Of a stretch of DNA of 64,000 nucleotides, positions 39,080 through 48,151 are shown piece by piece. The notes under the pieces were generated by a model. That model did no database searches, had not been told where the DNA came from, and saw nothing but the letters and a program-made list of their open reading frames with translations. Position 1 is the stretch's first letter. Every line of letters begins with the position of its first letter. The DNA is taken from assembly GCA_033762915.1 (NCBI GenBank), contig JANRLD010000054.1, positions 35,708-99,707 of the forward strand, in the 5' to 3' direction. The position numbers were made by a program, and so were the translations under genes. Origin of the DNA: Meiothermus sp. (GTDB lineage: Bacteria; Deinococcota; Deinococci; Deinococcales; Thermaceae).

Positions 39080-39612
39080 GCCTGCACCTGCACTTCTATC
39101 CCACGCTTCCGAAGCTCGTCCAGCAGAAGCTCGAGGCACTCGTTGATGCTCTGTTGGTCGGTGCGAAGGTGGAGATCAGGACTCCGCGGTGGCTCGTAGG
39201 GGTCGGAGATCCCGGTAAAGTTGGCCACTTCGCCGTTCAGGGCCTTGGCGTAAAGGCCTTTGACGTCGCGCTCGATCAGGGCTTCAATCGGGGCGTCCAA
39301 AAAGACCTCCAGCCGCTCCACTGCCTCCGCCAATACCGCCTCACGGGTCTGGCGGTAGGGGCTTATTGCGCTGACCAAAACAATTACGCCATTGCGGGCC
39401 AGCAGGTTCGCCACGAAGCCGATGCGCCGGATATTGGTGTCGCGGTCTTCTCGGCTAAAACCCAAGCCTTTGGACAAATGCTCACGTACCTTGTCGCCAT
39501 CAAGCAACTCGACCCGGTGGCCAGCCTCGTAGAGCAATACTTCTAGGGCCGTGGCCAGGGTGGTCTTTCCCGCGCCTGAAAGCCCGGTGAACCAAACCAC
39601 AATGCCGCTCAC
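39076..39612 (-). CDS. cysC: adenylyl-sulfate kinase
   Basis: [44 protein letters not shown]; start 39612 (GTG) or 39633. Confidence 0.96.
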   Translation of the reverse strand: MSGIVVWFTGLSGAGKTTLATALEVLLYEAGHRVELLDGDKVREHLSKGLGFSREDRDTNIRRIGFVANLLARNGVIVLVSAISPYRQTREAVLAEAVERLEVFLDAPIEALIERDVKGLYAKALNGEVANFTGISDPYEPPRSPDLHLRTDQQSINECLELLLDELRKRGIEVQVQA

Positions 39613-39613
39613 G

Positions 39614-40177
39614 TTAACCCTCGGCGAGGCCATTGTAGCTTTCCAGCAATACCCGCTCTGCGTCGCGGCCCGCAACCTCGGTCACGATTGCGGCCACCAC
39701 CGATGCCCAGTCGGGCAGTCCTGCACGCGACAGCTTTACGCGGCGGGGTTGGCCTGTGCCGACCTCGCCCTCAACGCGGGTATCCGAAAGGCTGACTTCG
39801 ACGGGATGTGAACCCGAGGGGCCGTATAGAAAGCCCCTGGCGTGGCCCAAGCCCAGCTCGAGCCACCCGCTGCGGGCCGCACCCGCACCGGTCAGCCGGA
39901 TTTCAATACGGGTGTCAACGAGTCGGGCGTGTACGCTAAAGACCCTCGTTCCCGAGACCCAGCCCAGCGCTTCGTTCTGGCCGAACTCGAGTAACAGATC
40001 CTCGCCGAATACCAGGCCGCCCAAACGCCCCTTTAGGGTTTGCCCGTCCCACTCCAGGCGAGCGCGATAGCTTAACGACGGCTGTGTAACCTCGCCCAGA
40101 ATGGGTATGGGTGAGGCGCTTTGTGCAATCATTACCGCCGATCTTGTCTTATGGTTGGAGGTCTCGAGCCAGTTCAT
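39614..40177 (-). CDS. hypothetical protein (beta-rich, Gly-rich), first large gene of the cys operon
   Basis: AAGGAG RBS; 187-codon ORF ending 1 nt before the cysC GTG. Confidence 0.7.
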   Translation of the reverse strand: MNWLETSNHKTRSAVMIAQSASPIPILGEVTQPSLSYRARLEWDGQTLKGRLGGLVFGEDLLLEFGQNEALGWVSGTRVFSVHARLVDTRIEIRLTGAGAARSGWLELGLGHARGFLYGPSGSHPVEVSLSDTRVEGEVGTGQPRRVKLSRAGLPDWASVVAAIVTEVAGRDAERVLLESYNGLAEG

Positions 40178-40292
40178 GCGGCGCTCCTTGGTAGAGGTCT
40201 AGTGGTGCGTAGCTTCGAAAGTAGACCGAGCTACGACACCGACAGCGGCGCACGGCAGGGCTCGAGAGGTAAAACATTCGGACTGGGTTCAT
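40149..40292 (-). CDS. putative 47-aa leader/small ORF ([47 protein letters not shown])
   Basis: TAAGGAGG SD 4 nt before ATG 40292; SD overlaps the riboswitch P1 3' strand; below the ORF-track size cutoff. Confidence 0.5.
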   Translation of the reverse strand: MNPVRMFYLSSPAVRRCRCRSSVYFRSYAPLDLYQGAPHELARDLQP

Positions 40293-40300
40293 GGGGCCTC

Positions 40301-40444
40301 CTTATCTCTCTCGAGCTTTAGGCTGTGCCTAGCCGGTCTCGAGGCGGATTTGGCACCGGGGCGGGGCCAGGCTCGGTGATGAAACGACTGCCCCACAGGT
40401 TGCCGCAGCGTCAACGGGCCGTTCCCTCGGCTGCTCTGGATAAG
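40301..40444 (-). ncRNA. SAM-I (S-box) riboswitch
   Basis: Minus strand reads CTTATCCAGAGCAGCCGAGGGAACGGCCCGTTGACGCTGCGGCAACC...GGTGCCAAATCC...GAGAGATAAG: P1 CTTATC/GATAAG, GAGGGA..GGCCC, GGCAACC and GGTGCCAA core motifs; upstream of sulfur genes. Confidence 0.92.
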
Positions 40445-40512
40445 TTTGAGGCGAGACTGCTTCTCGCCTCAGTCCCGGCCCGCTCTGGCGGTTACGGGCC
40501 GGGATGTGGGTT

Positions 40513-40541
40513 AAGTTAGCATAGATGACAAAACTTGTAAA
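40513..40541 (-). promoter_or_regulatory. sigma70-type promoter of the cys operon with overlapping operator
   Basis: Minus strand TTTACA-N17-TAACTT with extended TGn; GACAAAACTTGT (40527-40538) overlaps the -35 and spacer. Confidence 0.7.
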
Positions 40542-40602
40542 CAATTGACGCGTGAGATCGGACGTGCGGTCGGGCGGCACACGCACAGGAGGTACTTAGG
40601 TT

Positions 40603-41085
40603 CTACTTAGGGGCGAGCAACTCGACGGGGTGCAGCAGGTGCTCGAGGCATTCGTCGTAGTTTACGCCCCGTCGGAAGTCCTCGGACAGGTCTGCCACAC
40701 TTACGCTGGACATCACCTCCAGCACCGCGTCACGCACCCTGAGCCAAACCAAGCTGCGAGCATGGCAGCGACCCTGCTCGCTGCAAGTCTTGGGCCAGTT
40801 GAGGCTAACGCACGAAAGCGGGGCGATGGGTCCGTCTACCGCCCGCATCACGTCGCGCAGACTAATCTCCTCGGCCTTCTTTGGCAGTGCGTATCCACCG
40901 CCCACGCCGCGCCTCGAGGCCACCAATCCGTGTCCGCTGAGGGTGGCCAGAATGCGAACGAGATAGGTGCGGCGAACCCCTGTCGCAGTGCTGATCTCCT
41001 CGCTACCCACGTAGCGCCCCTGAGGCTGGGTGCCCAAGTAGCCTAGAGCCTTGAATGCGTAAATGTCTGTGGACGATAGTCGCAT
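40603..41085 (-). CDS. Rrf2 family transcriptional regulator (three Cys, possible Fe-S)
   Basis: [20 protein letters not shown]-x8-C-x5-C cluster. Confidence 0.93.
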   Translation of the reverse strand: MRLSSTDIYAFKALGYLGTQPQGRYVGSEEISTATGVRRTYLVRILATLSGHGLVASRRGVGGGYALPKKAEEISLRDVMRAVDGPIAPLSCVSLNWPKTCSEQGRCHARSLVWLRVRDAVLEVMSSVSVADLSEDFRRGVNYDECLEHLLHPVELLAPK

Positions 41086-41330
41086 GGGTGTGTCCTGTGA
41101 TCCGACAATAGTTTACCTGCCTACACGCGAATAGGTACCTCTTGAACTCCCATCAGCCAAGGCCATCGCCGCCCAGCAGTAGGGCACGGCATAACGGCTT
41201 ATCTAGAGCGTGGGTTAGCACTGTAGGGCTCCGAGTTTGCCTTTTCGCGTTTTCCACAATTCTCTGCCCACGGCGCAGAGTATTACGCTCGCCAGGGCAA
41301 AAACCGCCGTACTCAGAGCGTTTCCCCCGG

Positions 41331-41575
41331 ATACTCCCTACGGCGCTAAAGCGGGCGGTTTTTTGCTGTAGGGAGTTCAATACCTGCCGCCGCGAGGGAG
41401 GTAAGGGTGGGAAAAGCGATCAGTGTTTATGGGAACCACTTTTACATAGCCAAACAGCCCATGTTATTGGGATCTAGACCAATCTGTCCAACTCGAGGCG
41501 ACAAAAGACGCCTCTTTTGACGCCTAGCCCAAGCAATTTGTCTAAGATTTCGGTGGGCGATTTGTCCGGGTGTCA
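41331..41575 (+). repeat. degenerate dispersed repeat, copy B, including hairpin ACTCCCTAC/GTAGGGAGT
   Basis: Shares three blocks with 27495-27607. Confidence 0.65.
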
Positions 41576-41979
41576 GGTCTATTTCGCGGCGGTTTCATTT
41601 CTGTGAAGTCGCGAGCTGGGTACTTAGGCCCAAGAGACTTTTCGGACTCGAGCCGGCCTCGAGTCCCCCCTTTTTCCTCGAGCTGCCCCCATTTCCGACA
41701 ATCCGCTCGAGCCCTCTCAACAGCAATTCGCATCGAGGTCGTAGTACGGCGTCAAGTCTTATTTGATGCACAAGCTAACGCTGAAAAGCGTCCTGGAGAA
41801 GATTTGCCGTGCACCACTTTAGGCTGGATGCGGTATCGCAGGGGTCTCTGCAGCGGTTACCACGAAACCCCGAATGCACAGACTCGGATGCTCGGCATAC
41901 ACTACACCTGCTTCAACGCCCGCATTTACGCCTGAGAGCATAAGGCATCTCTTGGGAGTCACTTGAAAAACCTAACGCC

Positions 41980-43068
41980 CTACGGAAGATCAAGCTGCAC
42001 CACCAGCCCGCCTGTCTCCACCCTCTTTGCCGAGACCATTCCACCGTGTGCCTCGACCAGAGCCCGCACCACCGCCAGACCCAGGCCGCTCCCGCCGCTC
42101 TGCCGGTTACGCGAGGCCTCGTGACGGTAAAACGGTGTGAACAACTTGCCCAGCTCATCCTCGGGAACTCCTGGGCCAGTGTCGCTCACCCGAATACAAA
42201 CACCGCCTGTCTGAACAACCTCGAGCCCCACCCTCCCGCCGCTGGGGGTATATCGCAAGGCGTTCTCGAGCAGGTTCCCCAGTACCTGCCGCAGCCGCTC
42301 GGGGTCGCCGAAATAGGGCAGCGAATGGGGCGAATCAAGCTCGAGCCCCACACCCGACTTTTGCGCCGAAGGCTGGAAGCCTTCGAGCACCTCTCGAGCC
42401 AACTGCGCGAGGTCGAAGGCTCTCGCCTCAAGCTTGAACTCGCCCGCGTCCGCCAGCGTCAGGGTCTGCAAGTCGCGCGCCAGCTTCTCCAGAACGTCGA
42501 GCTGGGTGTGCAGCTTTCCCAGCTCGGCCACCTCCAGTGGGAACACCCCCAGCTCCATGCCCTCGACCCTCGAGCGCAGGGCGGCAAGCGGCGTTCTCAA
42601 CTCGTGGGCGATGGCGGCGTTGGCGAAGCGGCGGGCGGCCTCGGCCTGCTCGAGGCGCTCCGCGATCCGGTTGACGTTATGCATCAGTTCCAGCAGTTCC
42701 CCGCTGCCGCTGGGCTGGCTGCGGATTTGCAACTCGCCAGAGGCGATGCGCGAAGCGCTACGCTCGAGGTTTTCCAGAGGCCGCAACAGGCGCTTCGAAA
42801 CCACGACACTCACCCCGCCGATCACCAGCATCCCGACTAAGAGGGTGAGAAATCCGGGGCGGAGCGGTCGGTCGGCGGCCGGGCGGACGACACGGAAAGG
42901 CTGGTTGTCACGATAGAACTGCTGAACCTCGGGTGAAGCGCCGTCCAGCACTCCGGACCAGTACACGCTGTAGAACCCGATGGCCCCCGCCGCGATGGTC
43001 AGGAAGGTGAGGCCCATCACCAGCGCCACCTGAACCCACAGCCGGGCGAAAAGTGGCCTAGCCATCAT
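41980..43068 (-). CDS. sensor histidine kinase (HAMP-HisKA-HATPase, BaeS-like)
   Basis: AIAHELRTPL, NLLENALRY, DTGPG, GSGLGL. Confidence 0.95.
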   Translation of the reverse strand: MMARPLFARLWVQVALVMGLTFLTIAAGAIGFYSVYWSGVLDGASPEVQQFYRDNQPFRVVRPAADRPLRPGFLTLLVGMLVIGGVSVVVSKRLLRPLENLERSASRIASGELQIRSQPSGSGELLELMHNVNRIAERLEQAEAARRFANAAIAHELRTPLAALRSRVEGMELGVFPLEVAELGKLHTQLDVLEKLARDLQTLTLADAGEFKLEARAFDLAQLAREVLEGFQPSAQKSGVGLELDSPHSLPYFGDPERLRQVLGNLLENALRYTPSGGRVGLEVVQTGGVCIRVSDTGPGVPEDELGKLFTPFYRHEASRNRQSGGSGLGLAVVRALVEAHGGMVSAKRVETGGLVVQLDLP

Positions 43069-43717
43069 AGCGATACCCCACTCCGAAGACCGTCTCAAGA
43101 CCGTGCCCCTGGCCCAGCTTGCGCCGAAGGTTTTTGATGTGGGTATCGACTGTGCGCTCCAGGGTGTCGCGATCGTGCCCGCTGATGCGCTCGAGCAGCT
43201 CGGCCCGGCTAAAAACTTTACCCGGCGCCTGGAGGAAGGCTGCCATCAGGTCGAACTCCGCACCCGTTAGCTCGACCCGGCTCTCGCCGATTTGGGCGGT
43301 GCGGCCCTCGAGGCTCAGCGTCAGCCCATTCGGACCCTGAAGTGCTGGGTTTTTTGGCGCGGCCCGGCGCAGAACAGCCTCCAGCCGCGCCCCCACCTCG
43401 CGCAGCCGGAAGGGCTTGGTGATGTAGTCGTCCGCGCCGAGGTCGAAGCCCTTGAGAATCTCCCGCTCATCGGCCCTGGCGGTGAGGATCACCACCGGGG
43501 TCTGGCCCTCCCCGCGCACCGTGCGCAGCACCTCGAGGCCGGTGAGACCCGGCAGCATGATGTCCAGCAGCAGCAAATCGGGCTGATGGGCGAAGAACAG
43601 CTCGAGGGCCTTCAGCCCGTCGGGTGCGTGGCTGACCCGGTAGCCAGTCAGCCGCAGGAACCCCGCCAGCGAGTCGGCGATGTCGGTCTGGTCTTCGACC
43701 AAGAGGACGTGACGCAT
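43058..43717 (-). CDS. OmpR-family response regulator
   Basis: LLVED, LLDIMLPG, GADDYITKPF, RTVDTHIKNLRRK, GVGYR. Confidence 0.96.
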   Translation of the reverse strand: MRHVLLVEDQTDIADSLAGFLRLTGYRVSHAPDGLKALELFFAHQPDLLLLDIMLPGLTGLEVLRTVRGEGQTPVVILTARADEREILKGFDLGADDYITKPFRLREVGARLEAVLRRAAPKNPALQGPNGLTLSLEGRTAQIGESRVELTGAEFDLMAAFLQAPGKVFSRAELLERISGHDRDTLERTVDTHIKNLRRKLGQGHGLETVFGVGYRYDG

Positions 43718-43757
43718 GGCTTAAGCGTACCCAACCTGAAGGAAGTTTCAGGTTTGC

Positions 43758-43789
43758 TCCACAACTCGTCCACAACCTCCCCCCATACT
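43758..43789 (+). promoter_or_regulatory. putative OmpR-type direct-repeat binding site and -10
   Basis: TCCACAAC at 43758 and 43769 (11-bp period), CATACT at 43784. Confidence 0.5.
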
Positions 43790-43823
43790 CACCTCCGAAG
43801 TTAGAGAAACAGGAGGTTTTTTC

Positions 43824-44717
43824 ATGAAGAAGACCCTGGCAGTCCTTACCCTGACCATTGGCACGCTCGCCCTCACCGCTTGCGGCGGCATGCGCGGTGG
43901 TGACACCCTCAGCGACGCCCAGGCCCAGGCGGTTGGGGACTCGATTGCGAGTGAGCTCGAGTCGTCCACCGCATCCTTAACGGCCTCCGACTTGGTGAGC
44001 CAGGGGGTCTCGTCGGCCTCGTCGGCGCCGTCGGCCTTAGTCTCGAACCAGAGCGCGATGAAGCCACCCGCCTGCGTCAGCTTCACCCCCGACCCACTCT
44101 CAGACACCGACGGCGACGGTGTGCCCGACACCGCCACCTACACCTTCAACTGCACCAAGACCCGTCCTGGCAGCGGAACCAAGCGCGTCACCGGACAGGC
44201 CCAGCTCTCCGACCCTGGCGCGGGCTTTAATCTGAGCCTGACCAACCTCGAGACCGAGGTCAGGGACAGCCAGGGCAACCCGCTCTACACTGCTACCCGC
44301 AGCGGCACCCGCTCGGCCGCCCGCAGCGGCAGCCAGATCACGCTGAGCCACGACCTCAGCGTGAGCCGCCAGGTCACCGGGCTGCCAGCCGCCAGCATCA
44401 CCAACAAATCCAGCCTCGTCTTCAGCGCCACCGGAGGCACCGTCGTCCAGGGCCAGCCGCTGCCCAGTGGCACCGCCACGGTAACGGGCGCGTACACCTG
44501 GGTGCGCGGCGGTGAGAGCTTCGGCTTCGCGCTGTCCACCCCTACGCCACTCGTCTACGACTCGAGCTGCACCGACGACCTCAAGATCGTGAGCGGCGTG
44601 CTGCGGGCTTCCCTAGGTGGCACCAGCGGGTCGGGCGGGGCGGGCGGCTCTGTGCGGATCACCTTCAACGCCTGCGGGGTCAAGCCCTCGGTGCTTTTTG
44701 TCGCAGCGGCAAGTTAA
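43824..44717 (+). CDS. lipoprotein of unknown function (Ser/Thr-rich, DTDGDG Ca-binding-like motif)
   Basis: AGGAGG RBS, LTAC lipobox. Confidence 0.85.
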   Translation: MKKTLAVLTLTIGTLALTACGGMRGGDTLSDAQAQAVGDSIASELESSTASLTASDLVSQGVSSASSAPSALVSNQSAMKPPACVSFTPDPLSDTDGDGVPDTATYTFNCTKTRPGSGTKRVTGQAQLSDPGAGFNLSLTNLETEVRDSQGNPLYTATRSGTRSAARSGSQITLSHDLSVSRQVTGLPAASITNKSSLVFSATGGTVVQGQPLPSGTATVTGAYTWVRGGESFGFALSTPTPLVYDSSCTDDLKIVSGVLRASLGGTSGSGGAGGSVRITFNACGVKPSVLFVAAAS

Positions 44718-44789
44718 TTCTCACCCCCACCCCGGATCTAGGGTGCAAAGCCCTAAATAGAGGGGCCAGAGGTAAGTAAAGGACAGGTT

Positions 44790-45131
44790 ATGAAAGAGAT
44801 ACTGGTGGTTCTCTCGGGTCTGCTGGGCTTGGCGATGGCGCGGGTGTTGGTCTTCGCGTTCGAGCGGCGCATGCTGGTGGTCGGCTCGCTGCCCGACCCG
44901 AGCGTGTTTTACTCCTTGGTCGGCACTGTCTACAACGCGGCCCATCGAGGCACACTAACGCACTCCTACAGGCTCGAGTTCCGCCGCCCGGGCCGGGTGC
45001 CGGCGAGCAGGCGCATCAGGCCGGCGCGGGACATGTACCTGTCCCGGGGCCGCAATGCCGGAAGGCTCGAGTGGTCTTCAACAAGTGCCCTGACGGCCCG
45101 CAGCAATACTTCTATTGAGGTGGGGCGATGA
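44790..45131 (+). CDS. hypothetical protein with signal-peptide-like N-terminus
   Basis: Hydrophobic N-terminus; ATGA overlap with the next gene; C-terminal half looks atypical. Confidence 0.5.
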   Translation: MKEILVVLSGLLGLAMARVLVFAFERRMLVVGSLPDPSVFYSLVGTVYNAAHRGTLTHSYRLEFRRPGRVPASRRIRPARDMYLSRGRNAGRLEWSSTSALTARSNTSIEVGR

Positions 45132-45787
45132 GCTTTATCGCAAAGATTGTCCTTGGCCTGGCGCTCTCCTGCTCTGTTTTCGCACAATCAACCCCCACGG
45201 CCAATCAAGTCCTCTTCAACCTCGCCCTCAGCCAGCGCGGGGTACAGGATTACCAGATGCGGATCGCGGGAACCGCCAGCATAGCAGGTCAGACCGTACA
45301 ACTCGACCTGACCGTGTCGCGCATCAGCGAGCTCGAGCTGACCCGCGTCGAGTTCAACAAGCCCGACAGCCTGGCGGGCAACGTGGTCATCAGCGAGAAG
45401 GCGGGCGACAAAAACTACCTGGCCCTGACCAACCAGGTGGTGGTGAGCCGGGACAAGGGGAACGGCTCGAGACTCAATCTCGGCCAGCTCACCGACATCC
45501 GCGGGCTGGTGGGCAACCAGAACAGCGTCAAACTGGTCTCGAGCGAGGAGATCGCCGGGCGCGGCAGGGTCTTTGTGCTCGAGGTAATACCGCCCAACAA
45601 CTCCCCCTTAGCAAAGGTGCGCGTGTGGGTGCTTGAGCAAGGCTGGCAACCCTACCGAATCCAAACCTTCGACGTCAGCGACGGCGTGGTCAGCGACCTG
45701 ACCTTCCTCGAGTTCAGGACCAACCTCGGCCTAACCCCCCAAGCCCTCCAAGCTCTGCCGGCAGATGCCGAGGTGGTCAACCGATGA
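45128..45787 (+). CDS. LolA-fold outer-membrane lipoprotein carrier-like protein
   Basis: Signal peptide; RVEFNKPDSLAGNVVIS, VRVWV...PYRI, LPADAEVV. Confidence 0.7.
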   Translation: MSFIAKIVLGLALSCSVFAQSTPTANQVLFNLALSQRGVQDYQMRIAGTASIAGQTVQLDLTVSRISELELTRVEFNKPDSLAGNVVISEKAGDKNYLALTNQVVVSRDKGNGSRLNLGQLTDIRGLVGNQNSVKLVSSEEIAGRGRVFVLEVIPPNNSPLAKVRVWVLEQGWQPYRIQTFDVSDGVVSDLTFLEFRTNLGLTPQALQALPADAEVVNR

Positions 45788-46152
45788 AGAAGGCCGAAAG
45801 TCACAGATCACAGGTCACGGGACGGGGACTGGTGGTTTTGGTGGTGGTCATGAGTGCATTGGGCGTACTGGCCCAGACCACAACACCCACGTACTACCGA
45901 GACATCAAGCCAATTTTAGATAGGCACTGTGTTGGTTGCCATATCACGGGTGGCATCGCTCCGTTCTCGCTAACCGACCCGCAAGAAGCCGTCCAGCGGG
46001 CCGCCGTGATTGCAGGGGTGACTTCAGGAAACTACATGCCGCCCTGGCCCCCGGGCGGAGACTCACCCACGTTCTTAAATGAGCGCAAGCTGTCGGCAGA
46101 GGAGAAAGCCTTGCTGGTGGCCTGGGCGCAGACGGGTGCGGCGCTGCGCTAG
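45784..46152 (+). CDS. small exported c-type cytochrome
   Basis: PTYYRDIKPIL..HCVGCH, GIAPFSL, MPPW; signal peptide. Confidence 0.82.
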   Translation: MKKAESHRSQVTGRGLVVLVVVMSALGVLAQTTTPTYYRDIKPILDRHCVGCHITGGIAPFSLTDPQEAVQRAAVIAGVTSGNYMPPWPPGGDSPTFLNERKLSAEEKALLVAWAQTGAALR

Positions 46153-46203
46153 ACCCTAACCCTGTCCCAAAAGCGGCAGAGGGTGAGAAGAGATGGGAGA
46201 TAT

Positions 46204-47415
46204 ATGCTGAAACGACTTGTTCAAATCGCTTTGCTGGGCCTGACCATGGCGGGGTTTGCGCTGTTAGTCTCGCCCCTGACTCGTCTGCTTAACCCATCCA
46301 GTGAGGGCGCTCGAGTTGCCGACGATCACCGCGCGATGGGGCACTTTCAGCCCGAGGCGTGGTCGGACTTCGGCCTCAGCCTGATCGCGCCTGGCGTCGC
46401 CTTAGCACAGAGCAGTGTGGGCGAAACCGTCACGCTGCCTCCCAGCGCCGCCTACACGCCATCCGCCTCCGAAGGTACCGACGACTACCACTGCTTCCTG
46501 CTCGACCCCAAGCTGTCCCAGGACCGCATGGTGACGGCTGTAAACATCCAACCCGACGCAGGACGCATCGTGCATCACGTGATCTTGTTCAAAATCACCG
46601 GCGACGCGGTGGGCGAAGCGGTGAAGAAAAATCAGGCCGGCGGCGGACGAGGCTGGACGTGTTTCGGTGGCCCGGAGGTAGGGGACAGCCGCGCCATAGG
46701 CGGGAGCTGGCTGGGGGCCTGGGTGCCTGGGGCGGGTGACGGGCGCTTGCCCGAGGGCTTGGGCATTGAACTCCCAAAAGGCTCGCTGGTGGTGATGCAG
46801 GTTCACTACAACCTACAGGCGGGTGCCAAACCTGACCAGAGCCGCGTATCCCTGACCTACGCGCCCAAGTCGCAGGAGGCAGGTCTTCGGCCCCTAGGCA
46901 CCAACCTCTTCGTGGCCCCCGTGGAAGTCCCCTGTGCCGACGGCAACACGGCCCTCGAGTGTAGCCGCACCAACACCCTGCGCGAGAACGTCAAAAAGTT
47001 CGGGGAGCAGGGGGTACAACTGCCCCAGGCGTTGCTGGCGGCCTGTGGTAAAAGTTTGAGCGACTTCCAGAAGCCCGTGGGTGATGCCAGCGCAGTCTCG
47101 AGTACCTGTCTGCGCTCCCTGCGCTCAAACGCCACCCTCTACTCGGTAGCGGGCCATATGCACCTGAAGGGCACCGAAATCAAGCTCGAGCTGGTCCGCG
47201 ACGGTCACAGCCAAACCCTGCTGCACATCCCACGTTGGGACTTCCACTGGCAAGGCAATTACTGGTTCAAACATCCTGTGCAAGTCAAGGCGGGCGATGC
47301 CATTCGGATCTCGTGCACCTTCGACAACTCGGCCCGGCCCCAGCGATACATCACCTGGGGCGAGGGTACTACCGACGAGATGTGCCTGGGCGTAATCGGC
47401 TACAGCGCTCGGTAA
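46204..47415 (+). CDS. copper type II ascorbate-dependent monooxygenase (PHM/DBH-like)
   Basis: DDYHCF, IVHHVIL and MQVHYN (CuH His set), AGHMHL and DEMC (CuM His-His-Met), WDFHWQ. Confidence 0.88.
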   Translation: MLKRLVQIALLGLTMAGFALLVSPLTRLLNPSSEGARVADDHRAMGHFQPEAWSDFGLSLIAPGVALAQSSVGETVTLPPSAAYTPSASEGTDDYHCFLLDPKLSQDRMVTAVNIQPDAGRIVHHVILFKITGDAVGEAVKKNQAGGGRGWTCFGGPEVGDSRAIGGSWLGAWVPGAGDGRLPEGLGIELPKGSLVVMQVHYNLQAGAKPDQSRVSLTYAPKSQEAGLRPLGTNLFVAPVEVPCADGNTALECSRTNTLRENVKKFGEQGVQLPQALLAACGKSLSDFQKPVGDASAVSSTCLRSLRSNATLYSVAGHMHLKGTEIKLELVRDGHSQTLLHIPRWDFHWQGNYWFKHPVQVKAGDAIRISCTFDNSARPQRYITWGEGTTDEMCLGVIGYSAR

Positions 47416-47656
47416 ATGGGCAGTCGCTCAATTCCACGCACAGCTTTCGTTTCCTCTCGTAGAACTGGCTCTCGAAACGAGGTCGCCTTCGCTCACAGAC
47501 CCCTGGCTGCCCAGACCAACATGCCTTGGCGAACAGAAGTCCTTCGGTTCTCGAGGTCGTGCCCTGAAGCCATCTCGTGGCTAATCGAACGCGGTCACGC
47601 GGCGCATGACCGAAGTCTTGGCGGTACGAGATGTGGAATGACTACGGTGGTCTCCT

Positions 47657-48151
47657 ATGCGTTCGGTGCTCTTGTTTTTGACCCTACTGGCAGCCTGTCA
47701 GGCGGCCCCGATTGTCCGAAACCTTAAAGACAGCCAGCTTTCTTTTCTTCGCGTCGCTCCCACGGGAAACTCGGTGCTATACGCCAGCCCCAGTACCTTA
47801 GACCAACCGACCCTCGGGGTCAGGACGGTCAACATCCGGGGCAGCGCAAGCGCAGAGGGGCTGACCCAGGCCATCACGGTGATTCTGTACGCCAGAGCCG
47901 CCGACCCGGCCAGCGCCTGCACCGCCATTGGCACGCTATACAGGTGCGAGGCAGCGCTCGAGACCCCAATCTCCGCCGCCCTAACCTTTTCGCCTGCCGC
48001 GCCCGACGTTTCGCTCAGCCTTTCGAGCCCCATCCTGGTCGAGGCGGTCAATCTGGGCAAGGTCTGGCTGGGGCTGAGGGTGGTCGCCGGGGCTGGTGAG
48101 AAGGTCACCGTTTGGTTCCGGGGAATGCGGGCGGTGGTGACGCTGCTGTGA
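47657..48151 (+). CDS. hypothetical lipoprotein
   Basis: LAAC lipobox, 164-aa ORF. Confidence 0.65.
   Translation: MRSVLLFLTLLAACQAAPIVRNLKDSQLSFLRVAPTGNSVLYASPSTLDQPTLGVRTVNIRGSASAEGLTQAITVILYARAADPASACTAIGTLYRCEAALETPISAALTFSPAAPDVSLSLSSPILVEAVNLGKVWLGLRVVAGAGEKVTVWFRGMRAVVTLL

Noticed and set aside
41200..41280. GCGAAAAGGCAAAC on the minus strand resembling a c-di-GMP-I riboswitch start
   Set aside because: The downstream GNRA hairpin and GACGCAAAGC elements are absent
41466..41483. ATTGGGATCTAGACCAAT resembling a NagR/DasR operator
   Set aside because: Spacing is off by two bases, and the site lies within the degenerate repeat, far from a matching gene
47416..47727. 103-aa ORF after the copper monooxygenase
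   Set aside because: Atypical composition, no SD, and it overlaps the better-supported lipoprotein gene
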